Notes under the pieces: generated by a model | Seen by the model: the letters and a program-made list of their open reading frames with translations, nothing else | The model's database searches: none | Told to the model about the DNA's origin: nothing | Position numbers and translations under genes: made by a program | Shown here: in pieces, positions 27,213-39,963 of the stretch | How the letters are laid out: the number at the start of each line of letters is the position of its first letter | Numbering within the stretch: the first letter of the stretch is position 1 | Assembly (NCBI GenBank): GCA_014799475.1 | Contig: JAAVHX010000033.1 | Span: forward strand, 21,267 to 85,266 | Origin: Clostridiales bacterium | GTDB taxonomy: Bacteria > Bacillota > Clostridia > Oscillospirales > Oscillospiraceae | DNA: 64,000 bases | Direction of reading: 5' to 3'

Positions 27213-28349
27213 ATGAAACACTGGAAAAAGGGCCTGCTGGCGGCGGTGCTGCTGGCGGCGCTGGCGCTGGGCATGGCCGGTCCCGCGTTCGGCTCCGGCG
27301 CCAACACCCAGGTGAACCTGATGGCGGTGAACGAGACGGTGCTGCTGGAGCTCACCACCGAGAATATGCCCCGCACGGTGGGCGGGGTGCTGTACGTGCC
27401 CTACACCATGCTGTCCAACCTGTCCACCGGCATCGATCTGGGAGTGAACTCCCTGTACAGCGCCACCCGGCGCACGGTAATGGTGACGAACCGGGGGCGG
27501 AAGGGGATCGTGTTTGACCTCCAGGCGAATACCGCCGAGGATATGGACGGCAACCCGGTGTCCGCCAGGGCCATGGTGCGCAACGCCACTGTCTTTGTGC
27601 CCATCGACTTTCTGTGCGAGTATTTCGGCACGATCAGCTGCTCCCGGACGCCGACCCCGTACGGCACCCTGATCCGGGTGACCAACGCCCACGTGATCCT
27701 CAGCGACCAGGCCTTTGTGGACGCGGCGGACAGCCTGCTGGCGAGCAGCCTGAGCCACTATCTGGAATCCGCCGGCGGCGGCAATGCCCAGCCCATCCCC
27801 TCCGGCGGGGCGGAGACCTCCGAGCCCCCCAGCGGGGCGGAGCTGTACCTGGCGTTCCGCTGCGGGACGGAGGGCGAGGAGTGCGCCCGGCTGGTGGAGG
27901 GCCGGGAGCTGCGCGCGCTGTTCCTCTTCACGCCGGAGCAGCTGGAAGAGCAGGACGGCCTGGTCCGCCGCCTGGTGGGGGCGGGCCACACGGTGGGGCT
28001 GCTCCTGGAGGGCGAGAACGTGGAGGACTGCCTAGCCCAAGGCGCGGAGGGGGCGGCGCTGCTGGCCGCCATCGCCCGGTACCCCGCCCTGGTGGCCAGC
28101 GCCCCCAGCTTGGACGAGCCGGGCCGGGAGGAGCTGGCGAAAGCGGGCTGGGCGCTGTGGGGCGCCGATGTGCTTGCGGAGGACTACCCCTCCGGCTCCG
28201 CCCTGGTGCGGGGGCTGTCCCCCCAGCGGATGAACTATGTGGAGCTGGACTGCGGCTCCGGGGGCGCGGCCTTCCTGCGGGAGGTGCTGAGTACCATGGG
28301 CGAAGAAGAGTGCCAGGCGTACCAGCCCACCGCGCCGGCGCTGGGATAA
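27213..28349 (+). CDS. Secreted protein, possible degenerate polysaccharide-deacetylase C-terminal domain
   Basis: Signal peptide; LYVPY and VFVPIDF motifs as in stalk/amine-oxidase N domains; LYLAFRCG, RALFLF, GHTVGL resemble NodB motifs without catalytic residues. Confidence 0.55.
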   Translation: MKHWKKGLLAAVLLAALALGMAGPAFGSGANTQVNLMAVNETVLLELTTENMPRTVGGVLYVPYTMLSNLSTGIDLGVNSLYSATRRTVMVTNRGRKGIVFDLQANTAEDMDGNPVSARAMVRNATVFVPIDFLCEYFGTISCSRTPTPYGTLIRVTNAHVILSDQAFVDAADSLLASSLSHYLESAGGGNAQPIPSGGAETSEPPSGAELYLAFRCGTEGEECARLVEGRELRALFLFTPEQLEEQDGLVRRLVGAGHTVGLLLEGENVEDCLAQGAEGAALLAAIARYPALVASAPSLDEPGREELAKAGWALWGADVLAEDYPSGSALVRGLSPQRMNYVELDCGSGGAAFLREVLSTMGEEECQAYQPTAPALG

Positions 28350-28353
28350 AAAG

Positions 28354-28389
28354 AAAGTGTCCGCCCTGGAAAGGGGCGGGCACTTTTTT
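28354..28389 (+). terminator. Intrinsic terminator
   Basis: aaagtgtccgccc...gggcgggcactttttt. Confidence 0.75.
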
Positions 28390-28435
28390 CTGCCTGCCGG
28401 CGGGGGCCTCTGGCGGCCCGCTTCCAGCGGGAAGC

Positions 28436-28725
28436 CCTCCGGGGGGTTACTTTTCCCACGTGGGAAAAGTAACCAAAAGGACGCTTAGGGGGACGCCCGC
28501 CGGTTCGAAGCGGCCCTGTGGGCCGCTCTCACAGGCCGGGCTTCCCCCTAAGAACCCCCTTTTTTAAGGGCACGCCGCTTGTAAAAGTGTGGTGACCCTT
28601 CCGGCGCGTGGTGCTTTCGCATGGATTTACCCCTATTTTCGCTGCCGCTCCATTTGCGGACACGGGACCTGCTGCGCCGCCCACCGCCAGCGCCTGGATG
28701 GGGCGACGGATCACACGCCGCCCTC
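28436..28725 (-). repeat. Family-B structured repeat, left copy
   Basis: Perfect 30-bp palindrome 28445-28474; exact 21-bp and 17-bp inverted matches to 29386-29406 and 29299-29315. Confidence 0.8.
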
Positions 28726-28938
28726 TTAATTCGGTTCATCCGTCCGCCCTAGCAAATAGTCCGTCGTTACCTCAAGATAGTCGGCGATTGCAACCAAAGT
28801 CTCATAGTCAGGACGGCGGCGGCCACCTTCATAATATTGATATGCACGTGGCGTCATTTTTAAATATTCTGCAACTTCTTTTTGCATGAGCCCTTTTTTT
28901 GAGCGCGCTTCTCTCAATCGATTCGCAAATGGTACCAT
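28726..28938 (-). CDS. XRE/Cro-family HTH regulator
   Basis: RLREARSKKGLMQKEVAEYL...YQYYEGGRRRPDYETLVAIADYLEVTTDYLLG. Confidence 0.92.
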   Translation of the reverse strand: MVPFANRLREARSKKGLMQKEVAEYLKMTPRAYQYYEGGRRRPDYETLVAIADYLEVTTDYLLGRTDEPN

Positions 28939-28954
28939 AACTTTTCAATCCCTC

Positions 28955-29004
28955 TTGACACAGTCAGTTTGTTCCTGTATAATCAAAATGAACAAAACGA
29001 CTGT
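28955..29004 (+). promoter_or_regulatory. SigmaA promoter with an inverted-repeat operator
   Basis: TTGACA-17-TATAAT; ACAGTCAGTTTGTTC ... GAACAAAACGACTGT flank the -10. Confidence 0.7.
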
Positions 29005-29031
29005 TTGCGTTGTTTTAAAGGAGTGTTCTCA

Positions 29032-29286
29032 ATGACCGCCCTGATGGAAATTCTCTATTGCTACGCGCAGGATCATGAAGTAGAAGCCCTCTTGGCCCTG
29101 GACGATGAGTACAAGGAGTGTGCCCGCTGTACGCGGAAGCAGGAGGCGCGCCTTCGCGCCTCGCTGGACAAGGAGTCTGAGGGTATACTGAATGAGTTCT
29201 TGGACGAGCAGAAACTGCTCCAGTTTAAGGAAGAAGAGGCCCATTTTCGAGCGGGCTTTCAAATCGCGTTAGCGCTGACGCGGTGA
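29032..29286 (+). CDS. Small helical hypothetical protein (84 aa)
   Basis: AAGGAG RBS, own promoter, C-terminal EAHFRAGFQIAL. Confidence 0.7.
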   Translation: MTALMEILYCYAQDHEVEALLALDDEYKECARCTRKQEARLRASLDKESEGILNEFLDEQKLLQFKEEEAHFRAGFQIALALTR

Positions 29287-29510
29287 GGGGCGGGCCGGCC
29301 CATCCAGGCGCTGGCCGTGGGCCGCGTCATATTCAGTGAGTGGACATCGGCGGCAGCACAAATAGGGGGAAATCCGTGCGAAAGCCCACGCGCCGGAAGG
29401 GTCACCGTCCTTTGGCAAGCGGAGGCTGGGGATACCTAAGGGGCGGGAGCCCCTTAGGCGCGCTCTTTGGTCACTTTCTCTCGCGTGAGAGAAAGTGACC
29501 CGCCGGAGGC
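29287..29510 (+). repeat. Family-B structured repeat, right copy (inverted relative to the left)
   Basis: Hairpin ggtcactttctctc-gcgt-gagagaaagtgacc 29469-29500 with compensatory changes versus the left copy. Confidence 0.8.
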
Positions 29511-29532
29511 ACACCCCCTTGGGGGCAGGGGG

Positions 29533-30705
29533 TTACAGGTCGAGCATGACCCGTTCGATATTGCTGACCGCCTCGTCCACGAGGCCGTCAACATCAAGGG
29601 CCTTCTCGGCCTCCTCCAGCTCCTCCAGCTTGGGCTTGGTGCGGGGGTGCTTGGGGGTGAACACGGTGCAGCAGTCCTCATAGGGCAGGATGGACGTTTC
29701 AAAGGTGCCGATCTTCCGGGACACCCGGACGATCTCCTCCTTGTCCATGCCCACCAGCGGGCGCAGGACGGGGACGGTGCACACCGCGTCGGTGCACACC
29801 ATGGCCTCCAGGGTCTGGCTGGCCACCTGGCCCACCGACTCGCCGGTGACCAGGGCATGGATGTCATTCTTTTCCGCCACCCGGCAGGCAATGCGCATCA
29901 TGAACCGCCGCATGAGGATGGTGAACAGCTCCTCCGGGCAGGAGCGGCGCAGCTCCTCCTGGATCTTGGTGAAGGGCACCACGTGGACGCACTGCTTGCC
30001 GGTGTAGGGCACCAGCAGACGGGCCAGCTCCAGCACCTTCTCCTTGGCCTCCGGGGAGGTGTAGGGGTAAGAGTAGTAGTGGATCATGTCCACGATGACG
30101 CCCCGCTTGGCGACCATATAGGAGGACACCGGGGAGTCGATGCCGCCGGACAGCAGGGACAGCGCCCTGCCCCCCATGCCCACGGGCAGGCCGCCGGCGC
30201 CCGGTTCCGGGTCGGCGTGGATGTAGGCGTCGAAGTCCCGCACCTCCACATGGACGGTGAGCTCCGGGTGGTGCATATCCGCCGTCAGGTGGGGATATTT
30301 GTCGTGGAGCTCCCCCCCCACGTACTGGGAGAGCTGGATGGAGGTCATGGGGAAGGTCTTGTCCGCCCGCTTGGACTCCACCTTGAAGGAGCGGGCGGTT
30401 TGCAGCTTGTCCCCCAGGTAGTCCACGGCGCAGGCCACGATGGCGTCCTTGTCCTTGGGGCAGGCCCGGGCGCGGCAGATGCCCACTGCGCCGAACAGCT
30501 TGCCCATGGCCTCCCAGGCACCCTCGAAGTCGCAGGAATCGTCCAGCGGCTCCACGTAGGTGGTGGACTGGCGGGTATACACTTTAAAAGAACCGTATTT
30601 TTTCAGCCGCCGCTTGGCGTTGCCCATCATCTTTTCCTCAAAGCCCCGGCGGTTCAGGCCCTTGAGCACCATTTCCCCCTGCTTGAGCAGGATGATCTCT
30701 TGCAT
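29533..30705 (-). CDS. thiI: tRNA 4-thiouridine synthase
   Basis: GEMVLKGLNR, THUMP region, GGLPVG, LLSGGIDSPV, TGESVGQVASQT, PYEDCC. Confidence 0.95.
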   Translation of the reverse strand: MQEIILLKQGEMVLKGLNRRGFEEKMMGNAKRRLKKYGSFKVYTRQSTTYVEPLDDSCDFEGAWEAMGKLFGAVGICRARACPKDKDAIVACAVDYLGDKLQTARSFKVESKRADKTFPMTSIQLSQYVGGELHDKYPHLTADMHHPELTVHVEVRDFDAYIHADPEPGAGGLPVGMGGRALSLLSGGIDSPVSSYMVAKRGVIVDMIHYYSYPYTSPEAKEKVLELARLLVPYTGKQCVHVVPFTKIQEELRRSCPEELFTILMRRFMMRIACRVAEKNDIHALVTGESVGQVASQTLEAMVCTDAVCTVPVLRPLVGMDKEEIVRVSRKIGTFETSILPYEDCCTVFTPKHPRTKPKLEELEEAEKALDVDGLVDEAVSNIERVMLDL

Positions 30706-30884
30706 AAACTTCCCTTGCTTTCCGTTTTTTGTCCTCCTATTTTACAGGGACAACAGGCGGCTGTCAAGGGCGGGAGATTTTTCTTGCCCCCTTGCCCAAG
30801 CCGTCGAATTGTGTTAAAATCTGGGGAGTATACGCAAAGAGAGAGGGGGAGGGGGCCGTGTTGGGAGCGCGGCCTCAAAATCAT

Positions 30885-32372
30885 ATGCCAAACAGGATCG
30901 GATTTGACAATCAGCGTTATCTGGACACCCAGTCCGCCCACATCCGGGAGCGCATCGCCCAGTTCGGCGGCAAGCTGTACCTGGAATTCGGCGGAAAGCT
31001 GTTCGACGACTACCACGCCGCCCGGGTGCTGCCCGGCTTCGCCCCGGACAGCAAGATCAGGATGCTCCTGGAGCTGCGGGACAGCGTGGAGATCGTCATG
31101 GCCATCAACGCCGCCGACATCGAGCAGAACAAGGTCCGGGGCGATCTGGGCATCACCTACGGCGAGGATGTGCTGCGGCTCATCGACACCTTCCGGGGGG
31201 AGGGGCTGTACGTGGGCAGCGTGGCCGTCACCCGGTACGCCGCCCAGCCCGCGGCGGACGCCTTCAAGCGCCGGCTGGAGGACCTGGGGGTGAAGGTGTA
31301 CCTCCACTACCCCATCCCCGGCTACCCCCATGACGTGGCGCGCATCGTGTCCGAGGAGGGCTTTGGCCGCAGCGATTACATCGAGACCACCCGGCCCCTG
31401 GTGGTGGTCACCGCCCCCGGCCCCGGCTCGGGGAAGATGGCCACCTGCCTGTCCCAGCTCTACCACCACCACGTCCGGGGCGAGCGGGCGGGATACGCCA
31501 AGTTTGAGACCTTCCCCATCTGGAACCTGCCCCTAAAACACCCGGTGAACCTGGCCTATGAGGCGGCCACGGCGGATCTCAACGACGTGAACATGATCGA
31601 CCCCTTCCACCTCCAGGCGCATGGGGAGACCACGGTGAACTACAACCGGGACGTGGAAGTGTTCCCGGTGCTCCAGGCCATCTTCGAGCAGATCATGGGG
31701 GAGAGCCCCTATAAGTCCCCCACCGACATGGGGGTGAATATGGCGGGCAACTGTATCGTGGACGACGAGGCGGTGTGCGCCGCCGCCCGGCAGGAGATCG
31801 TCCGGCGGTACTACGCCGCCCTGTGCGACCGCCGCCGGGGCCAGGGCAGCGACGAGATCGTGTACAAGCTGGAGCTGCTGATGAAGCAGGCCCAGGCGAA
31901 TCCCGAGCTGCGCCCCGTCATCGCCGCCGCCGAGGGGCGGGAGGAGGAGACGGGGGAACCCGCCGCCGCCATCCGGCTGCCCGACGGCCGGGTGATCACA
32001 GGGGGCACCTCTGAGCTGATGGGGGCTGCCGCCGCGGCCCTGCTCAACGCCCTGAAGGCCCTGGCCGGCATCGACCGGAAGGAGCACCTCATTTCCCGGG
32101 AGGCCATCGAGCCCATCCAGGGGCTGAAGGTGGATCATTTGGGCAGCCGCAACCCCCGCCTGCACAGCGATGAGGTCCTCATTGCCCTGGCCATCTCCAC
32201 CGCCACGGTGCCCCTGGCGGCCCAGGCGCTGGACAGCCTGGACAAGCTGCGGGACTGCGAGGCCCACTCGTCCGTCATCCTCACCGCCGCCGACAGCGGG
32301 ACATACTCCAAGCTGGGCCTGCGCCTGACCTGCACCCCCCGCTACCAGGGCAGCCAGCTCTACCACAAGTAA
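30885..32372 (+). CDS. DUF1846/UPF0371 family P-loop protein (alternative GTG start 30858)
   Basis: [50 protein letters not shown]. Confidence 0.88.
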   Translation: MPNRIGFDNQRYLDTQSAHIRERIAQFGGKLYLEFGGKLFDDYHAARVLPGFAPDSKIRMLLELRDSVEIVMAINAADIEQNKVRGDLGITYGEDVLRLIDTFRGEGLYVGSVAVTRYAAQPAADAFKRRLEDLGVKVYLHYPIPGYPHDVARIVSEEGFGRSDYIETTRPLVVVTAPGPGSGKMATCLSQLYHHHVRGERAGYAKFETFPIWNLPLKHPVNLAYEAATADLNDVNMIDPFHLQAHGETTVNYNRDVEVFPVLQAIFEQIMGESPYKSPTDMGVNMAGNCIVDDEAVCAAARQEIVRRYYAALCDRRRGQGSDEIVYKLELLMKQAQANPELRPVIAAAEGREEETGEPAAAIRLPDGRVITGGTSELMGAAAAALLNALKALAGIDRKEHLISREAIEPIQGLKVDHLGSRNPRLHSDEVLIALAISTATVPLAAQALDSLDKLRDCEAHSSVILTAADSGTYSKLGLRLTCTPRYQGSQLYHK

Positions 32373-32487
32373 AACCGGGCCGCAAAAAAAGAGCTTGCAA
32401 TCTGGGACGGCCTGTGGTATCATACTTGTTACCTGTGCGGGCCAAGCCCGCTGAATCGAAGCCATTACCGAAAGGATTTGAGTCAAA

Positions 32488-32745
32488 ATGACCACCGTTC
32501 AGATCGTCGTATCCATCATTTATTTTATCGTGGCCCTGGCCCTCATCGCCGTGGTGATGCTCCAGTCCGGCAAGAGCGCCGGCCTGTCCGGCGCCATCGC
32601 CGGCGGCGCGGACACCTTCCTGTCCAAGAACAAGGCCAAGTCCGCCGACGCCCGTCTGGCCAAGATGACCAAGTGGGTGGCCATTGTGTTCATGCTGCTC
32701 ACCCTGGTGCTGTGCCTGCTGCCCGGTGCGCCCACCGCGGCCTGA
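32488..32745 (+). CDS. secG: Preprotein translocase subunit SecG
   Basis: Two TMs around LQSGKSAGLSGAIAGG. Confidence 0.92.
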   Translation: MTTVQIVVSIIYFIVALALIAVVMLQSGKSAGLSGAIAGGADTFLSKNKAKSADARLAKMTKWVAIVFMLLTLVLCLLPGAPTAA

Positions 32746-32755
32746 GACAAGCGAG

Positions 32756-32791
32756 AAAAAACCCCCTGCCGCAAGGCCGGGGGATTTTTTT
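32756..32791. terminator. Bidirectional terminator (secG/comM)
   Basis: aaaaaaccccc...gggggattttttt. Confidence 0.75.
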
Positions 32792-32821
32792 ATGCTCTGA
32801 GATGTTCCGGCGGGCGATACT

Positions 32822-32985
32822 TCGTCGCCGCAAGCTCCATATCCCTCGCTTCCGCCTTCGGCGAAAGCTCGCTCATTGCGCTGCGGCTCCTCTCCCCACA
32901 AAGCCTGAAGGGCGGCTTTGCCGTGGGCGGGCCTATGGCCCGCTTAGGCCTGTGGCCGCTCTGCGGCCTAACGGCAGGGACCCCG
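32822..32985 (-). repeat. Family-A hairpin element, copy 2 (after comM, flanked by synonymously recoded duplicate of the comM 3' end)
   Basis: CGGGGTCCC...GCAAAGCCGCCCTTCAGGCTTTGTGGGGAGAGG...GCTTGCGGCGACGA; 32790-32821 and 32986-33017 both encode YRPPEHLRA*. Confidence 0.88.
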
Positions 32986-34509
32986 CTATGCCCTTAAATG
33001 CTCCGGAGGGCGGTACTGTAATGCTTCCGCGAGATGGTGGACGGCGATGTCCTCCGCCCCGTCCAGGTCGGCGATGGTGCGGGCCACCCGCAAAATGCGG
33101 TCGTAGCCCCGGGCGGTGAGGCCCAGCCGGTCATAGGCCCCCCGGATGAGCTGCTGGCAGCTCTCGTCCAATTTACAGTAAGCGCGCAGCTCCTTTGGGC
33201 CCATCTGGGCGTTGCAGGAGGGGCCGTCCGGGCCGAACCGGGCGGTTTGCAGCGCGCGGGCGGCGTTGACCCGCTGCCGGATGTCCTCCGAGCTTTCCGC
33301 CGGGGCGGAGGCTCCGGACAGCTCGTCGTAGTCCAGAGAGGGCACGTCCACGCAGATGTCGATACGGTCCAGCATAGGCCCCGACAGCCGGGACAGGTAC
33401 CGCCGCACCGCCTGCTCGGTGCAGGTGCACCGTCCGGAGGGGTGGCCGTACCAGCCGCACTTGCAGGGGTTCATGGCGCACACCAGCATGAACCGGCTGG
33501 GGTAGGTCACCGAGCCGGACACCCGGGAGATCTGGGTCTGCCCGTCCTCCAGGGGCTGGCGCAGCACCTCCAGCACGTCGGAGTGGAACTCGGGCAGCTC
33601 GTCCAGGAACAGCACCCCGTTGTGGGCTAGGGAGATCTCCCCAGGCCGGGGGTTGGGGCCGCCCCCGGTCATGCCGGCGGCGGAGATGGTGTGATGGGGT
33701 GCGCGGAAGGGGCGGCGGCGCACCATGGGATGCTCCCGGGTGGTAAGCCCCATGACGGAGTAAATTTCCGTGCAGGCCAGGGCCTCCGCCCGCGTCAGGT
33801 CGGGGAGGATAGAGGGCAGGCGCTTGGCCATCATGGACTTGCCCGAGCCGGGACTGCCCGACATGAGCACATGGTGGCCTCCCGCGGCGGCCACCTCCAG
33901 CGCCCGCTTGGTGTGCTCCTGGCCCTTTACCTCGGCAAAATCCGCCCCCTGGACGGGGGCCAGCTCCGCCTGCCAAACCGGGGCGGGGGGGATGGGGGCC
34001 TCCCCCGACAGGTGCTCCGCCAGCTCCCGCACGGTGCGGACGGGGATGACCTCCAGGCCGTCCGCCAGGGTGGCCTCGGGGGCGTTGTCGGCGGGAACGA
34101 ACAGCCGGACGATCCCCGACCGGCGGGCCGCCAGCGCCATGGGCAGCACCCCGGGCACCGGGCGCAGCCGCCCGTCCAGGGACAGCTCGCCGATGAAAGC
34201 GGAATCCCGCTCCTGTTTCAGCGAAAGCTGCCCGCCGGCGGCAAGGATGCCCACCAGGATGGGCAGGTCGTACACTGTGCCCGCCTTGCGCTGGCCGGCG
34301 GGGGCCAGGTTCACCGTGATGCGGGAGACGGGGAAGTCGAAGCCGGCGGACTTGATGGCGGAGCGCACCCGTTCCCTTGCCTCCTTCACGGCGGCATCGG
34401 GCAGGCCCACCACGTCGAAGGCGGGCAGGCCGCTGGACAGGGCGCACTCGGCGGTGACGGGATAGCCCGCCACCCCGTTCAGCCCCAGGGAGGCCACATT
34501 GCACACCAT
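32986..34509 (-). CDS. comM: YifB/ComM Mg-chelatase-like AAA+ ATPase
   Basis: VGLPDAAVKEARERV, NLAPA, GSPGSGKS, RPFRAPHH, LFLDELPEF, MNPCKCG. Confidence 0.93.
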   Translation of the reverse strand: MVCNVASLGLNGVAGYPVTAECALSSGLPAFDVVGLPDAAVKEARERVRSAIKSAGFDFPVSRITVNLAPAGQRKAGTVYDLPILVGILAAGGQLSLKQERDSAFIGELSLDGRLRPVPGVLPMALAARRSGIVRLFVPADNAPEATLADGLEVIPVRTVRELAEHLSGEAPIPPAPVWQAELAPVQGADFAEVKGQEHTKRALEVAAAGGHHVLMSGSPGSGKSMMAKRLPSILPDLTRAEALACTEIYSVMGLTTREHPMVRRRPFRAPHHTISAAGMTGGGPNPRPGEISLAHNGVLFLDELPEFHSDVLEVLRQPLEDGQTQISRVSGSVTYPSRFMLVCAMNPCKCGWYGHPSGRCTCTEQAVRRYLSRLSGPMLDRIDICVDVPSLDYDELSGASAPAESSEDIRQRVNAARALQTARFGPDGPSCNAQMGPKELRAYCKLDESCQQLIRGAYDRLGLTARGYDRILRVARTIADLDGAEDIAVHHLAEALQYRPPEHLRA

Positions 34510-34747
34510 GGAAGGTCACCTCGATCCCTTCGTTTCTTGTCGTATATTGTATCACGGACCGCCTTTTTTCGCAAGGCCCCTCTGGGCGGGGCGCCCGTCG
34601 GCGGCGATGTCCAAATTGCCCAGAAACTTTGCCAAAAAATTGAGCGATTCCAATTGCAAAATCGGCGGGAATGTGATAAGCTTGACAATGCGAAACGGAA
34701 CGAAACCGTATGAGGGACGTTCTCATATGAAAAGGAGGAAAACGCCT

Positions 34748-38422
<3,675 letters not shown>

Positions 38423-38441
38423 TTCCCCGATTGGTTCAACA

Positions 38442-38476
38442 AAAACAGCCCCCCTCGAAAGAGGGGGGCTGTTTTT
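38442..38476. terminator. Bidirectional terminator
   Basis: aaaaacagccccctc-gaaa-gagggggctgttttt. Confidence 0.85.
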
Positions 38477-38481
38477 ATGCT

Positions 38482-39228
38482 TTATTTTTTATTGCGCACA
38501 AATACCTGGGTGCCCTGGTATTTGGCGTTGTGGCGTTCGTCGATCTCAAAGCCGTCCAGGGCGGCGATGAACCGGGACAGCTTGGCGTAACCGTAGTTGC
38601 GGGAATCGAAATCGGGCTGCTTCTTGATGAGCAGGGTGCCCAGGTCGCCCAGGTAGGCGTAGCCGTCCTCGTCCGCCAGGTCCTCCACCGACTGGGCAAT
38701 CAGCTCCTTGACGGACAGCGTGGCGGTCTCCGCCGGGGGCTGGGGCTTCTTTTTCGCAGTCTTGCCGGAGGGTGCGGGAGCTGCCTGCTCGGCGGCCTTC
38801 AGCGACTCGATGTACACGAACTTGTCGCAGGCCACGATGAAGGGTTTGGGCGTCTTTTTCTCCCCCATGCCGTACACCTTCATCCCAGCCTCCCGCAGGC
38901 GGGTGGCCAGCCGGGTGAAGTCGCTGTCGCTGCTCACCAGCACGAACCCGTCGCAGTTGCCGGAATACAGGATGTCCATGGCGTCGATGATCATGGCGGA
39001 GTCGGTGGCGTTCTTGCCGGTGGTGTAGCTGTACTGCTGGAAGGGGGTGATGGCGTGCTCCAGCAGCAGGGGCTTCCAGCTGCCCATGTTGGGGGCGGTC
39101 CAGTCGCCGTAGATGCGTTTGATGGTGGCCGCGCCGTACACCGCCACCTCCGCCATGACCTCCTTTAGGGCGGTGCGGGGGGCGTTGTCCGCGTCGATGA
39201 GGACGGCTAAGCGCAGTTCATTTTCCAT
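38482..39228 (-). CDS. NYN-domain (LabA/DUF88) protein with C-terminal OST-HTH/LOTUS
   Basis: VLIDADN, RIYGDW, GKNATD, LVSSDSDF, PDFDSRNYGYAKLS. Confidence 0.9.
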   Translation of the reverse strand: MENELRLAVLIDADNAPRTALKEVMAEVAVYGAATIKRIYGDWTAPNMGSWKPLLLEHAITPFQQYSYTTGKNATDSAMIIDAMDILYSGNCDGFVLVSSDSDFTRLATRLREAGMKVYGMGEKKTPKPFIVACDKFVYIESLKAAEQAAPAPSGKTAKKKPQPPAETATLSVKELIAQSVEDLADEDGYAYLGDLGTLLIKKQPDFDSRNYGYAKLSRFIAALDGFEIDERHNAKYQGTQVFVRNKK

Positions 39229-39320
39229 GATGGTTCTCCTTTTTGCTTCGTTGCGTGATTGGTAAATTTAGTATATCATATGCGGAGAGGAAAGGCCAGA
39301 ACAAAAAATTTTCTCCCCGG

Positions 39321-39349
39321 TGCAACGATTTAAGGGCCTGGGGCGTGTT
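39321..39349 (+). promoter_or_regulatory. ECF-type (probably autoregulatory) promoter
   Basis: TGCAAC-17-CGTGTT upstream of the ECF sigma gene. Confidence 0.55.
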
Positions 39350-39369
39350 ATAGGCAAGGAGGGGCGGAA

Positions 39370-39481
39370 GGGGCCCCCGCAAAGTCGCCCCTTCAGACTT
39401 TGTGGGGAGAGGAGGAGCAAGGGAGCGAACTGCGTTTTCGCCGAAGGCGGAAACGCAGTTGAGCGGACTTTGCGACGACGA
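39370..39481 (+). repeat. Family-A hairpin element, copy 3 (between SD and start codon of the sigma gene)
   Basis: GGGGCCCCCGCAAAGTC...GACTTTGTGGGGAGAGG...GGACTTTGCGACGACGA. Confidence 0.88.
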
Positions 39482-39482
39482 C

Positions 39483-39962
39483 GTGACCTACTCCAACCGG
39501 TTGGAAGAATTGGTGACCAAACATGAGAATACGCTGTTCCGGGCGGCGCTGGCCATTTTGGGCGACGCCCATGAGGCGGAGGACGCGGTGCAGGACACCT
39601 TCCTGCGCTATCTGGAAAAGCGCCCCGAACTCCGGGACAGCGACCACGAGAAGGCGTGGCTGCTGAAGGTGGCGGCCAACCGCTGTAAGAGCGTCCTGCG
39701 GCAGCGGCGCCGCCACCCGGCGGTGGAGCTGCTGGACGTGTACCCTGCCCCGGACAGGTCCTGCCGGGAGCTGATGGAGGCCATCCTGGCCCTGCCCGCC
39801 AACCAGCGGGCGGCGGTACATCTGCACTACTACGAGGGCTACACCTCGGAGGAGATCGGGGCCATCCTGGGCCAGCGGCCCGGGACGGTGCGCTCCCACC
39901 TCAGCCGTGCCCGGGACGCGTTAAGACGTTATCTGACTGACGGCGAAGAAGGAGAATCATAA
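39483..39962 (+). CDS. ECF RNA polymerase sigma factor (start uncertain)
   Basis: AEDAVQDTF, KAWLLKVAANRC, LHYYEGYTSEEIG, GTVRSHLSRAR. Confidence 0.9.
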   Translation: MTYSNRLEELVTKHENTLFRAALAILGDAHEAEDAVQDTFLRYLEKRPELRDSDHEKAWLLKVAANRCKSVLRQRRRHPAVELLDVYPAPDRSCRELMEAILALPANQRAAVHLHYYEGYTSEEIGAILGQRPGTVRSHLSRARDALRRYLTDGEEGES

Positions 39963-39963
39963 T

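Noticed and set aside
30851-30876. Hairpin between a purine-rich tract and ATG 30885 as a second split RBS
   Set aside because: An in-frame GTG at 30858 has a normally spaced GGAGG, so no special mechanism is needed.
39402-39482. N-terminal extension MGRGGARERTAFSPKAETQLSGLCDDD of the sigma factor
   Set aside because: It is the translation of the family-A repeat and does not look like sigma sequence.
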